Shown in pieces: positions 18,348-26,150 of a DNA stretch of 43,197 nucleotides. The DNA lies in the IMG/VR virus record IMGVR_UViG_3300029360_000019. One strand, 5' to 3'. Each line of letters starts with the position of its first letter. Position 1 is the first letter of the stretch. The translations under genes and the position numbers were made by a program. This DNA comes from a virus. A model generated the notes under the pieces. That model ran no database searches. It was not told the origin of the DNA and was given only the letters and a program-made list of their open reading frames with translations.

Positions 18348-19771
18348 CACTCTACCTCCGTTTCTTCCTCGGTTGTCATGTCCTGCATCTTCGGCAAAGC
18401 CGCCTTTGCGGTGGCCTCGTCCTCGTTCATCCAACGCATGCGGAACTCCCAATCGTTCATAATGCCCGCACTGAGAAGCTGCATATCGCGGGAAAAGTCG
18501 GTTTGCTTGTCTTCAATGATGCTGTCATCAAAGTCGATGGAGATTTCCACACCCTCATTCAGCCCAGCGTTCATGGCCGTGTTGCCCAGCCGAAGCAGAA
18601 TGCGGCACAGCTCCTTCAATGCCTGCTCCAAGATGATCTCGTGTTTTTTGATGGTGCGGAACATGGTGGAGTTTTCGCTGATGACCTGTGTGGCAGTCGC
18701 TACGCTGCCGCCGTCGAAACGGTAATAGGTCTCGCCGAAGCCGCACTTACTGGACAGTACGTTCAATTGGTCTTGAAGTCCTACATTCAGCTGCTCAGTT
18801 CTGAGCGTCGGGGAAATTGTCTCTACGACGTTTCCTTGCTGCGTATCCTCTGGAAGCAGATAGAAACGCCGGTCGTTGTCGTCAAGCGTCGGTTCGTCGT
18901 CTTCCCACTTTGTGGCGGGCATTTTGACCATCATCATCATGGGGCCGTTCTCGAACTCGTTGACGTAGCAGTCATAGGCACAGTCAACGCCGCGCAGAAC
19001 ATCGATTGCATTTGCATACACAGGGATACCAACCGGAATCAGGTAGTCAAGATTGTTTGCGATGTTCGGTCTGTCGATGACGAACTGCCTCTTGTCGCTT
19101 CCCGTATGTACCACAGGGGGGATCCGCTCAAAGCCCGGAACATTGGTGAGCAGCGCGTCGGCAAGCGTCTCGTTTTCGTATCTGTAAATACTATTCTCGA
19201 TGACGTAAAGACCGTTTTCGTCTTTCCGGTGAATCTGCAAATACAGATAATTCTTTCCGGCTCGTGTGACTACGCTATCGAACGCGCATTCTGTGATAAA
19301 TCCATTCTGCCAAGCCAGCGGAAAGATGTGCTCAATCGTCACATAGTCCAGCTCGATGCCGGAAACATCCCCCGGCACGATCTCACCGCTTTCGTTGACG
19401 GCCTGCCCAACCACACGCGGAATGTACGCCACAGTTCCGAGCGCTGACTTCATTTCCTGCATTTCATTTGCCTTGACCGTGAAGTTATTCGCCGTCAGAA
19501 CTTTGTCAATAAACTCCTGCTCCTTCTGGCCTTCAAGCGTGATCTGAACCTTCTCATTCATCAAGAGGTTTGCCCAGTCCTCACAAACCTTTTTCGCCAT
19601 ACCGAGGCTTGCACGGTTGCACTTTGTCCACTTATGCCCGTTATATCGCCGGTATTGATGGAAACCCTTGACTTTGCCGACGTACCACGACTTCCAAAGG
19701 GACACGTATGTATAGAATTCCTCTGGGATCGTCGTATACCCGAGTTCCTTTAATTTATCGATAACCGTCAT
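18347..19771 (-). CDS. Portal protein (SPP1 Gp6-like)
   Basis: 474 codons directly after terL. Length and sequence style match siphovirus portal proteins. Confidence 0.9.
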   Translation of the reverse strand: MTVIDKLKELGYTTIPEEFYTYVSLWKSWYVGKVKGFHQYRRYNGHKWTKCNRASLGMAKKVCEDWANLLMNEKVQITLEGQKEQEFIDKVLTANNFTVKANEMQEMKSALGTVAYIPRVVGQAVNESGEIVPGDVSGIELDYVTIEHIFPLAWQNGFITECAFDSVVTRAGKNYLYLQIHRKDENGLYVIENSIYRYENETLADALLTNVPGFERIPPVVHTGSDKRQFVIDRPNIANNLDYLIPVGIPVYANAIDVLRGVDCAYDCYVNEFENGPMMMMVKMPATKWEDDEPTLDDNDRRFYLLPEDTQQGNVVETISPTLRTEQLNVGLQDQLNVLSSKCGFGETYYRFDGGSVATATQVISENSTMFRTIKKHEIILEQALKELCRILLRLGNTAMNAGLNEGVEISIDFDDSIIEDKQTDFSRDMQLLSAGIMNDWEFRMRWMNEDEATAKAALPKMQDMTTEEETEVE

Positions 19772-21009
19772 GCAATAACTCCCATTCTGCGGCTGACAGG
19801 CTCCAACGCATACCGAGTCGCGTCAATCAGGTGGTTGTTCGCGTCTGGGTATCCGCTGATAATGTCACCGTCTTTGTTTCGTTCGTATTCGTACCCCACA
19901 AATTCATCATAAGCATGTGGGGTTCTCTTCCTGTCTATTACGATTGTGCGCCGCTGCAGAAATTTCATACCATATTCCACGGACCCGGGGCCCTTTACCG
20001 CCTCAAGTGCCGGCAGTCCCATCGCGCGGAAGTCTGCCACGCTCTTAGGCTCTGCACTATCGCAAATAGTTCGCACGTTTTTATATCCTCGCTGCTTGAT
20101 TATTGTCGCGCTTTGCTCATTGGATAGTTTGTTTTGGTAAATTTCATCCAGCAAGTAAATGGTTTCGCGCGCCCGGTCGTAGTGCAGCCGGATAAAAGCA
20201 AACGGATCGGGAAACCACCCAAAGTCAACGCCCTGGTAAATCTTATCGAATCTTTTAAATTCGTCGTCCGTGATTTCCCGCAGTTCCAGCTTGTCAAACA
20301 CATTGCCACCCGTACCCACAGGAATGCCTAAATACTCATGCTGGTACGCTCTCTCGTCCGTGGCCTTGAGATGTTCCGCCTCTGCCAAAAACTGCTCACC
20401 CAGCCACTCCCGTGGGGCTTGCAAGTACGTTGATTTGTGGCACAGCCTGTCGGCGCGTTCCTCCAGGCTGTCCTTGTTCGCCCAGTTATCGCGGCTTATC
20501 GGCGGGTTGTAGCTTTCAAAGTTCCAATACTTCGAGCCACCGCGCATGGTCGATTGCAAAATCGTTCGTATCTCGGCACGACCGGCAAACTGGTCTTTTT
20601 CCTCAAAGTGCGTCACGGCGATATAGCCAAACGGCACCTTGATAGACTTTATCTTCATGGGATCGTCAGCACCCCGAAACATGATTTTCTGCCCGGTAGG
20701 CTTGTAGATCAGCTCCATCGGGGAAACCTTTGCTTCCCAATACGCCGCCATGCCCAGTTCACCGATTGCCCAGATATACTGCGCGTACACGCTGTCACGA
20801 ATGGTATTTGCCACCTTACGCAGCACCAGCGCGTGTGTCCCCGGATTGTTTATCAGCAGCAGGGGGACGAGCACAGACACCGTGGAGGATTTCAGTGAGC
20901 CGCGCCCACCGCTGAAATCGTAGTGCGTGTGACCGTGGTGGAACACGTCGTGGGCCACATCGTAAAAAGCCGAGCCGATTTTTTCTGACAAGAGAATATC
21001 AGACATCAA
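19768..21009 (-). CDS. terL: Terminase large subunit (PBSX/SPP1-type)
   Basis: 413 codons. N-terminal ATPase region (GGRGSLKS Walker-A-like) and C-terminal nuclease region. Follows terS. Confidence 0.9.
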   Translation of the reverse strand: MMSDILLSEKIGSAFYDVAHDVFHHGHTHYDFSGGRGSLKSSTVSVLVPLLLINNPGTHALVLRKVANTIRDSVYAQYIWAIGELGMAAYWEAKVSPMELIYKPTGQKIMFRGADDPMKIKSIKVPFGYIAVTHFEEKDQFAGRAEIRTILQSTMRGGSKYWNFESYNPPISRDNWANKDSLEERADRLCHKSTYLQAPREWLGEQFLAEAEHLKATDERAYQHEYLGIPVGTGGNVFDKLELREITDDEFKRFDKIYQGVDFGWFPDPFAFIRLHYDRARETIYLLDEIYQNKLSNEQSATIIKQRGYKNVRTICDSAEPKSVADFRAMGLPALEAVKGPGSVEYGMKFLQRRTIVIDRKRTPHAYDEFVGYEYERNKDGDIISGYPDANNHLIDATRYALEPVSRRMGVIA

Positions 21010-21412
21010 TAACCACCTTGACGGAATCCGTGCTAATTTTTGTCTCGTTCACTTCACGCCACCCAAAATTGCAGCCAAGCGAGAATTTCGCGCCGTTCGC
21101 GCCGTCTTTGTCGTAGAGCCGAGATTCGGCATATTCTTCGCAGCGGGACTTTGCGCGCGTAACCGTGTCCGCAAACTCTGGCCTTGCTTGATAGTCCAGC
21201 AGCGCTTGTCTCCCTGTGAATCCAAGCGCCAATGCAAGCCCTGTGATTGTCGGGGGCTTTGCATTGATGATAATCGGCATGCCGTACTTATCGCGCACAG
21301 CGCAGCCGTCATCTCCGATAAACGGTTCGCCTTCGCACTTTTTGAAGTAAGCGTCAATCGCCTTTTGCATCGCACTTACGCTTTTCCATTTTCTCGGTGC
21401 TCCGCCAGCCAT
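20999..21412 (-). CDS. terS: Terminase small subunit
   Basis: Start set at ATG 21412 behind AAAGGAAGTGA. PTITGLALALGF HTH-like segment. Overlaps the terL start. Confidence 0.7.
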   Translation of the reverse strand: MAGGAPRKWKSVSAMQKAIDAYFKKCEGEPFIGDDGCAVRDKYGMPIIINAKPPTITGLALALGFTGRQALLDYQARPEFADTVTRAKSRCEEYAESRLYDKDGANGAKFSLGCNFGWREVNETKISTDSVKVVIDV

Positions 21413-21540
21413 ACGCTCACTTCCTTTCGTTTTGCTACCAGCCCCCACCCCTTGGCTACAGTAACAGTCTTTCCCCTCCCATGCGGGCCTCTTGGGCCTC
21501 TCAAACATGGGCTACACACTATTTTTTTTGATATTTTTTA

Positions 21541-21569
21541 TTGACAGAATGCATCGGATAGTATATGAT
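21541..21569 (+). promoter_or_regulatory. Strong sigma-70-type promoter pointing away from terS
   Basis: TTGACA (21541-21546), 17-nt spacer, TATGAT (21564-21569), preceded by an A/T tract at 21521-21540. Confidence 0.55.
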
Positions 21570-21575
21570 TGACTT

Positions 21576-21692
21576 GTCGGATGCAGGAGGCGCTTGCATC
21601 GGCGGGAAATTCGATCCTATTTCCTGTGGATTGAAATACTAAAAACAGTATGCTGGAGAAAAAGAGCGGAGCTTCCGCTCTTTTCCTTTTTA
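21576..21692 (+). ncRNA. Candidate about 115-nt small RNA, antisense to any transcript entering terS
   Basis: Bounded by the promoter above and the intrinsic terminator at 21657-21692. Only a 17-codon ORF without an RBS lies inside. Contains hairpin GGATGCA...TGCATC. Confidence 0.35.
21657..21692. terminator. Bidirectional intrinsic terminator
   Basis: 9-bp stem 21661-21669 / 21675-21683, flanked by an A run on one side and a T run on the other. Confidence 0.75.
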
Positions 21693-21696
21693 TTGT

Positions 21697-21956
21697 GCGG
21701 CATTGCAGTCCTGCCCTGCTTTAGCGCTTCAGGGAGAGTCCCCGTCACTCGCTGTGGTCTCCACTTACGGGGCACCTATGCCGCATATAGCAACGCAACA
21801 GCCCGCAGGATAACCCCGCAGGCTGTCATGATCGCGTTGTGCCGGTATGCCCGTTTCCGAGTCCGCTTGCGCGGTGCGCCCAATACCGGCGGCGCATAAG
21901 ATGGAGGAAACGGGTTGAGTGGAAAGACGGGTGGATGACTATGCCTTATCATCCAC
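21697..21956 (-). ncRNA. Candidate structured RNA / late-operon leader with pseudoknot
   Basis: No credible ORF. A series of 6-9-bp GC-rich helices, one GNRA (GCAA) hairpin and one loop-to-downstream 8-bp complementarity. One G-U pair fits only the minus strand. Confidence 0.4.
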
Positions 21957-21963
21957 TGTACCT

Positions 21964-21972
21964 ATTGTAGCA
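21964..21972 (-). promoter_or_regulatory. Extended -10 promoter candidate (TGCTACAAT)
   Basis: Reverse complement of 21964-21972 reads TGCTACAAT, 6 nt after the stop of 21978..22442. Confidence 0.4.
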
Positions 21973-21977
21973 CATCA

Positions 21978-22442
21978 TTAGGTGGAATTTGTGCCAACTT
22001 TCTCTGCAAAACCACAATATATGGCTATGTCAAGCAAAAACTGCTCTTTTCTCCTGCTGAATGTCCGCTCGCTTATCCCCGGCACGATAATCTTGTTGCG
22101 GGAAAACTTATGCTTTCCCTGACAGTTGCGCATAATGCCCTGTGCAAGCTGCTTGCGGATGCTCTCACTCTCCAAATCCCGTCCACATCGATCTATGGCG
22201 TATTCTACAGCCCGCATTTTCTTGGTTTCCGGCCAGTTTTCTATGGCGACAAGCTGCTCCGCCTTGCTTTCGGACGGCCTACCAATGCCTGGAGAGCGGG
22301 ACATTCCCTCCGTTGCACTGCTTCCGCCGCTCAGTATCTCGCTCCGCGCATCGTTGTATGCCTGTACTCTCCGGGGATAACCTCTGACATAGGCGATGCA
22401 CTCAAGCCGCACATCATACGGCAGTTTTTGTTTTCGACTCAT
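21978..22442 (-). CDS. Late-gene regulator candidate (RinA/ArpU-position protein with sigma region-4-like HTH)
   Basis: Last early gene before terS. C-terminal GISERTFSRRKEQFLLDIAIYCGF resembles a sigma-70 region-4-type HTH. Confidence 0.5.
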   Translation of the reverse strand: MSRKQKLPYDVRLECIAYVRGYPRRVQAYNDARSEILSGGSSATEGMSRSPGIGRPSESKAEQLVAIENWPETKKMRAVEYAIDRCGRDLESESIRKQLAQGIMRNCQGKHKFSRNKIIVPGISERTFSRRKEQFLLDIAIYCGFAEKVGTNST

Positions 22443-22452
22443 GACCGCCTCC

Positions 22453-22740
22453 TCACTCTGCGTTGTTGATTAGTTTGTAGTCGATCCGCAGAGCGTCCGC
22501 AATGTCTTTCTTGGTCACATAGCCGCTGTTCTTTGCATTCACCAGCTTCACAAGGCACTTTTGCAGATACTCAATGCTCATGGTGTCGTGGCTGTCCGGC
22601 GTTTCCTCCAGCACATGGAATCCAAACTTTGTAAGCAGCACTTCGGATACCAAATCCATATTCTGCTTTGTCCCTATCAGCTTTCCCTGCTGGTACGCTT
22701 TCATGGGGTTGTTGGGCAGGGTTTTGCCGTCAATTCTCAT
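22453..22740 (-). CDS. Hypothetical protein
   Basis: 95-codon ORF coupled to its neighbours. Confidence 0.55.
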   Translation of the reverse strand: MRIDGKTLPNNPMKAYQQGKLIGTKQNMDLVSEVLLTKFGFHVLEETPDSHDTMSIEYLQKCLVKLVNAKNSGYVTKKDIADALRIDYKLINNAE

Positions 22741-22898
22741 TTCCGTCCCTCCTTGATCTTGTCCATCAGAAGCAGCCGCACAGCTTGGCAGAGTGCATAT
22801 ACAAGGCTATTCTGCCAAATGCTCCGTCGCTCCTTAATGCGGCACATACCGTTCTCGATTTCCTCCAAGGCTTCCAGCATTGCGTCTTTATTCGCCAT
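22737..22898 (-). CDS. Small hypothetical protein
   Basis: Start set at ATG 22898 behind GGAGGG. Confidence 0.45.
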   Translation of the reverse strand: MANKDAMLEALEEIENGMCRIKERRSIWQNSLVYALCQAVRLLLMDKIKEGRK

Positions 22899-23232
22899 CG
22901 GCTGCCCTCCACGGAGTGTCCACGCATTCAGGATGGACAATCTCCATCTCGATCGCCCACAGTAGGTTCCACGCTGCAGCTACAAGGTGCGGCTCGTCTA
23001 CATAGCCCGCCAAATATTTTGCTGCGTGGCGAATGGCGGAATCTAACAGACTGTGGGTTGGGATTCCTTTATCGACATTATGCTCCCCGTATTTCAAAGC
23101 ACCCGCCTCGCAGTGCTTCGACACTTCCATGATAGCCAACCAAGGGAGCAAATCCATCCGTCCCTTGCCCGTTTGCATATCCCGGAGCGCTCCGCTTGGA
23201 AACTTGGTTCTTTCTCCGCTGTCTTTAATCAT
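22888..23232 (-). CDS. DUF5664-type dATP/dGTP pyrophosphohydrolase-like protein
   Basis: KDSGERTKFPSGALRDMQTGKGRMDLLPW...KYGEHN...DSAIRHAAKYLAG..DEPHLVAAAWNLLWA matches the conserved pattern of that family. Start at 23232 behind GGAAGGA. Confidence 0.7.
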   Translation of the reverse strand: MIKDSGERTKFPSGALRDMQTGKGRMDLLPWLAIMEVSKHCEAGALKYGEHNVDKGIPTHSLLDSAIRHAAKYLAGYVDEPHLVAAAWNLLWAIEMEIVHPECVDTPWRAADGE

Positions 23233-23491
23233 AGTCCTTCCGTTCTCCATAGCTGCAATAATCGTCAGGTTTAGGTGTATCTTCTGGGATAATCTGGATG
23301 GTCTGAAAGAGCCAGCAGCCAAACCAATCCCCGTCGTTATTATCCGCAAACCACTTGCAGTCCTTACACCGTACCACCGGCACAGCGTCCACGGTTTGCA
23401 TTGCTTTTGCCCAGCAATACGCTTGCCTGTCGCATTTATCTCTGCAAACGCAATCTGCGCACACTTCTGCTTCGATGTCAATCAGCCGCAT
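23225..23491 (-). CDS. Cys-rich small protein, PVVRCK paralogue
   Basis: Start ATG 23491 behind GGAGGGAGG. Motifs DAVPVVRCKDCKW and DDYCSYGERKD. Confidence 0.55.
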   Translation of the reverse strand: MRLIDIEAEVCADCVCRDKCDRQAYCWAKAMQTVDAVPVVRCKDCKWFADNNDGDWFGCWLFQTIQIIPEDTPKPDDYCSYGERKDYD

Positions 23492-23630
23492 TTTCTGCGC
23501 CTCCCTCCATTGGTTCTCCACAGTTAGGACAGAAATTCCAATCCCCAACATCGAAAAAGGTAAAGTCTCGCTTCATCATCACGCCGCACTCCGGGCATTT
23601 GATGTAGTCGTGATCTTCAATCCACCGCAT
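23478..23630 (-). CDS. Zn-ribbon protein (50 aa)
   Basis: CPECG...CPNCG pair. Start lies inside the end of the upstream gene. Confidence 0.45.
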   Translation of the reverse strand: MRWIEDHDYIKCPECGVMMKRDFTFFDVGDWNFCPNCGEPMEGGAENAAD

Positions 23631-23979
23631 CGCTGTCACCTCCGTCCATCTTTGCACCGCAATCCTCGCAGTATTTTTTGGTAGGCTTGTCCCAACTGCC
23701 TTCAGTGCTAATGACAAAGCCGCACGCAGAGCAGAACCACTCGTCTCCGCCAAGATGCAACCACCGTCCATGCACCACCGGGGCCACATCAGCGGAGGGA
23801 GCATCGCTTACTTTCCGCAGCACTTTGGCGGCCTGTAAGTATGGGATTTCCTGTGGGCTCTCCGAGAACACATCCTTGGTGTAAACAGTACCGTGATAGC
23901 GCTTTGTGTTCTCGATTGCCCTCGCACCGGCGTTCATGGCAAGCATGAGTTCTTCCGTGCGCTCGATGTATTCAGCCAT
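23617..23979 (-). CDS. Cys-rich protein, ADVAPVV paralogue
   Basis: Start ATG 23979 (MAEYIER). ADVAPVVHGRW followed by CSACG...CEDCG. Confidence 0.55.
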   Translation of the reverse strand: MAEYIERTEELMLAMNAGARAIENTKRYHGTVYTKDVFSESPQEIPYLQAAKVLRKVSDAPSADVAPVVHGRWLHLGGDEWFCSACGFVISTEGSWDKPTKKYCEDCGAKMDGGDSDAVD

Positions 23980-24061
23980 TGTTAATACCTCCATTCTACA
24001 GAACCACCATCCGGCCCAAACAGTGTCCGTGTAATTTTTTCGCATAAATCTAAAATAATAC

Positions 24062-24090
24062 TTGCCTTTAATTAAACTCTGTGATATACT
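24062..24090 (+). promoter_or_regulatory. Extended -10 promoter of the plus-strand two-gene island
   Basis: TTGCCT (24062-24067), 17-nt spacer, TGaTATACT (24082-24090). Confidence 0.55.
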
Positions 24091-24143
24091 TTAGTTACAG
24101 CAAAGATAAGGGGCAGGCCAACAGGCCGGAAAGGATCGAAATT

Positions 24144-24611
24144 ATGAAGTACGAAGTTTGCCTGAGCAATGATAGCTGCATCTTTGACAGCGAGATCGGA
24201 TTTGACACCATCGAGGAGGCCATCGAGTGGGGGCTTAACCGCGGAAACCGCTATGTGCTCCAGATCGGCGCACAAGGCGGCGACACCGTGTCGCTGGGCG
24301 TTGCCGGTAAGAAGATCACCGCCAACGTCGGCAGCCCTTGGGAGCACACCTTCTCCACCAAGTCCCTCGACGAGATCGTCGACCACGTCCTGTGCGAGAT
24401 CGTTTCCCACATCGGCAGCTACGGGATGGGGCCTGACTGGGACGAGGTCACAGTCGGTGAGGCCGTACAGGCGTTTCGGATCACCCGCACGGAGGCCGGC
24501 AAGCTGCGCTACCGCACGTGGGATGGTCAGGAGGACGCAGTGCGCAACTACATCAAGTCCCACCGTGCGGAAATCATGCAGTATCTGGATGCTATGGACA
24601 AGGAGGACTAA
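24144..24611 (+). CDS. Hypothetical protein (island gene 1)
   Basis: Start ATG 24144 behind GAAAGGA. Strongly G/C-ending codons, unlike the surrounding genes. No motif recognised. Confidence 0.6.
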   Translation: MKYEVCLSNDSCIFDSEIGFDTIEEAIEWGLNRGNRYVLQIGAQGGDTVSLGVAGKKITANVGSPWEHTFSTKSLDEIVDHVLCEIVSHIGSYGMGPDWDEVTVGEAVQAFRITRTEAGKLRYRTWDGQEDAVRNYIKSHRAEIMQYLDAMDKED

Positions 24612-24614
24612 CCC

Positions 24615-25088
24615 ATGAGGAAGATCATCAACAACAAAGTGTACGACACCTCCACCGCCGCATACATCGGCCTGTCGGACAACGGCCACGAGTACAATGA
24701 CCTTGCCTACAGCGGCGAGACGCTGTACCGCAAGCGCACGGGGGAGTATTTCCTCCACGGCGAGGGTGGCCCCATGACCAGCTACGCTGTCCGCACCGGC
24801 AGCAACAACTGGAGCGGCAGCGAGCGGATCACCCCGCTGTCCTATTACGCCGCCAGGCAGTGGGCGCAGGAGCATCTCAGCGCCGATGCCTACGAGGCCG
24901 AGTTCGGGGACGTCACCGAGGATGACAGTCAGGTCACGATCACACTATCCCTGCGGGCCGACACCGTTGAGGCGCTGCGCCGCACAGCCTCCAAGGAAGG
25001 GCAATCCCTTAGCGCCTACGTGGAGCGTGTGCTGCGCCCGGCGGTGGACATTCCTTCCCCAGCGGACATTCCGGTCGGGGAGAATTAA
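24615..25088 (+). CDS. Two-domain protein ending in a ribbon-helix-helix (CopG-like) module (island gene 2)
   Basis: GGAGGA RBS. C-terminal VTITLSLRADTVEALRRTASKEGQSLSAYVERVL fits RHH. The N-terminal domain (KVYDTSTA...LYRKRTGEYFLHGEGGPM) is of unknown function. Confidence 0.65.
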   Translation: MRKIINNKVYDTSTAAYIGLSDNGHEYNDLAYSGETLYRKRTGEYFLHGEGGPMTSYAVRTGSNNWSGSERITPLSYYAARQWAQEHLSADAYEAEFGDVTEDDSQVTITLSLRADTVEALRRTASKEGQSLSAYVERVLRPAVDIPSPADIPVGEN

Positions 25089-25152
25089 CGCTATGGGTGG
25101 CAAGCAGGCCCACTGAGCCGTCCCAAACGCCCCAATAACCGCCCAGAGATGA

Positions 25153-25180
25153 CACCCGCCACGGGTGCTCTCTCTTTTTA
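25153..25180 (+). terminator. Intrinsic terminator of the island
   Basis: CACCCG / CGGGTG stem followed by CTCTCTCTTTTT. Confidence 0.6.
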
Positions 25181-25181
25181 C

Positions 25182-25520
25182 TTACTTAAATACCTCCGGC
25201 GGGTACCGCTCCTCCCACGGGCGGAAGCCATCCCCCATGATGCGCCGCAGCTCCCGATCGATGCTCTCCTTGGTATAGGCGATCTCCTGATCTCCGCCTG
25301 CGTCATCCACGCAGAGCTGGGCAAAGGCCCGGAAGGTCTCCCGGAAGGCATCCAGCGCCTCCATGGCCTGCTTGGGGCCGAATCCAAAGTCCTGCCCCAG
25401 CGTGATCAGCATCATGTCCTCGCACTGCTGGATGGTAAAAAGCCGCTGCAGCTCCATGTTCTGCCGGTGCTTAGCCTCCATCCGCTGCAAAAATGCACTG
25501 GGCTTAGCCATCTCTGCCAT
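25182..25520 (-). CDS. Hypothetical protein
   Basis: 112-codon ORF, last gene before the island on the minus strand. Confidence 0.55.
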   Translation of the reverse strand: MAEMAKPSAFLQRMEAKHRQNMELQRLFTIQQCEDMMLITLGQDFGFGPKQAMEALDAFRETFRAFAQLCVDDAGGDQEIAYTKESIDRELRRIMGDGFRPWEERYPPEVFK

Positions 25521-25782
25521 CCTTTCTCTTACCGTAGCTGCAATAATCGTCAGCTTTTACATACGGTAATCCTCCGGCGAAAACGCATCCGCATTCGTAT
25601 TCCTCTGGCTCGTAATGCTTGCACTCCTTGCACCGCACCACCGGGGCCACATCAGCGGCGGGCATTCCCGCAATGATTGTACGCACTCCGATTGAAAATA
25701 CTTTTTCAACAATGCTGTGTTCGCCTAACCCCAGTCGATCAAATTCGGCGAACAGCGCTTCCCTGTCTATGTATTCAGCCAT
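25504..25782 (-). CDS. Cys-rich protein, ADVAPVVRCK paralogue
   Basis: Start ATG 25782 (MAEYIDRE). ADVAPVVRCKECKHY and DDYCSYGKRKD. Confidence 0.55.
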   Translation of the reverse strand: MAEYIDREALFAEFDRLGLGEHSIVEKVFSIGVRTIIAGMPAADVAPVVRCKECKHYEPEEYECGCVFAGGLPYVKADDYCSYGKRKDGRDG

Positions 25783-25963
25783 TGTCAGCACCATCCCATT
25801 CTAACGGTTTGCCGCACATCGGGCATTTTTCAGCTTTCTGCTCTTCGACCATCAGCCCCAACTGCCGCTTGCAATGCGGGCAGTACGGTATATGCCACCA
25901 GCCAAAACTTCTGCCAAGTTTCCATTTCCTGTCGCAGTAAAAAGGCTTTTCAACTTCAGCCAT
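25775..25963 (-). CDS. Zn-ribbon protein (62 aa)
   Basis: Start ATG 25963 behind GGAGGG. CPHCK...CPMCG. Confidence 0.5.
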   Translation of the reverse strand: MAEVEKPFYCDRKWKLGRSFGWWHIPYCPHCKRQLGLMVEEQKAEKCPMCGKPLEWDGADNG

Positions 25964-26150
25964 TGTCAGCCCTCCTGTTCCATGCCTCTTTCGCTTTTTG
26001 GGGCGTATACGTAAGTCCTGACGTTGCACAACACTTAATGCACACGTCATTATACGCCCAACGTCGACCTTGCGTGTCCTCCACTGCATCCGGGTCGACG
26101 CTCATGACCGCTTTACCTCCGCAGAACGGGCATGGTTTTAGGTCAGTCAT
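25956..26150 (-). CDS. Lar-family restriction-alleviation-like protein
   Basis: MTDLKPCPFCGGKA... N-terminus and small size are typical of Lar-family proteins. Confidence 0.6.
   Translation of the reverse strand: MTDLKPCPFCGGKAVMSVDPDAVEDTQGRRWAYNDVCIKCCATSGLTYTPQKAKEAWNRRADNG

Noticed and set aside
18263-19447. Long plus-strand ORFs opposite portal (18263..19447), endolysin/holin (41401..42549), methyltransferase (27533..28561), tape measure (5355..6158, 6174..7175, 7209..7949) and others
   Set aside because: All are antisense to genes with clear family signatures, lack RBSs and have skewed composition. They are treated as shadow ORFs.
21594-21899. 101-codon plus-strand ORF in the terS-upstream gap
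   Set aside because: It has no RBS, runs straight through the bidirectional terminator, and its sequence is dominated by the helices of the structured element.
21697-21956. Known small ribozyme or tRNA-like identity for the structured element
   Set aside because: No hammerhead CUGAUGA core occurs on either strand. The 88-nt three-way junction has a 7-bp closing stem but lacks D/T-arm geometry and a T-loop. I could not match it by eye to any class I know, so it stays an unclassified candidate.
24072-24875. 267-codon minus-strand ORF opposite the GC3-rich plus-strand island
   Set aside because: Antisense shadow of very GC3-rich genes. It has Ala/Gly/Val/Leu-rich low-information sequence and no RBS, while the plus-strand genes have a promoter, RBSs and a terminator.
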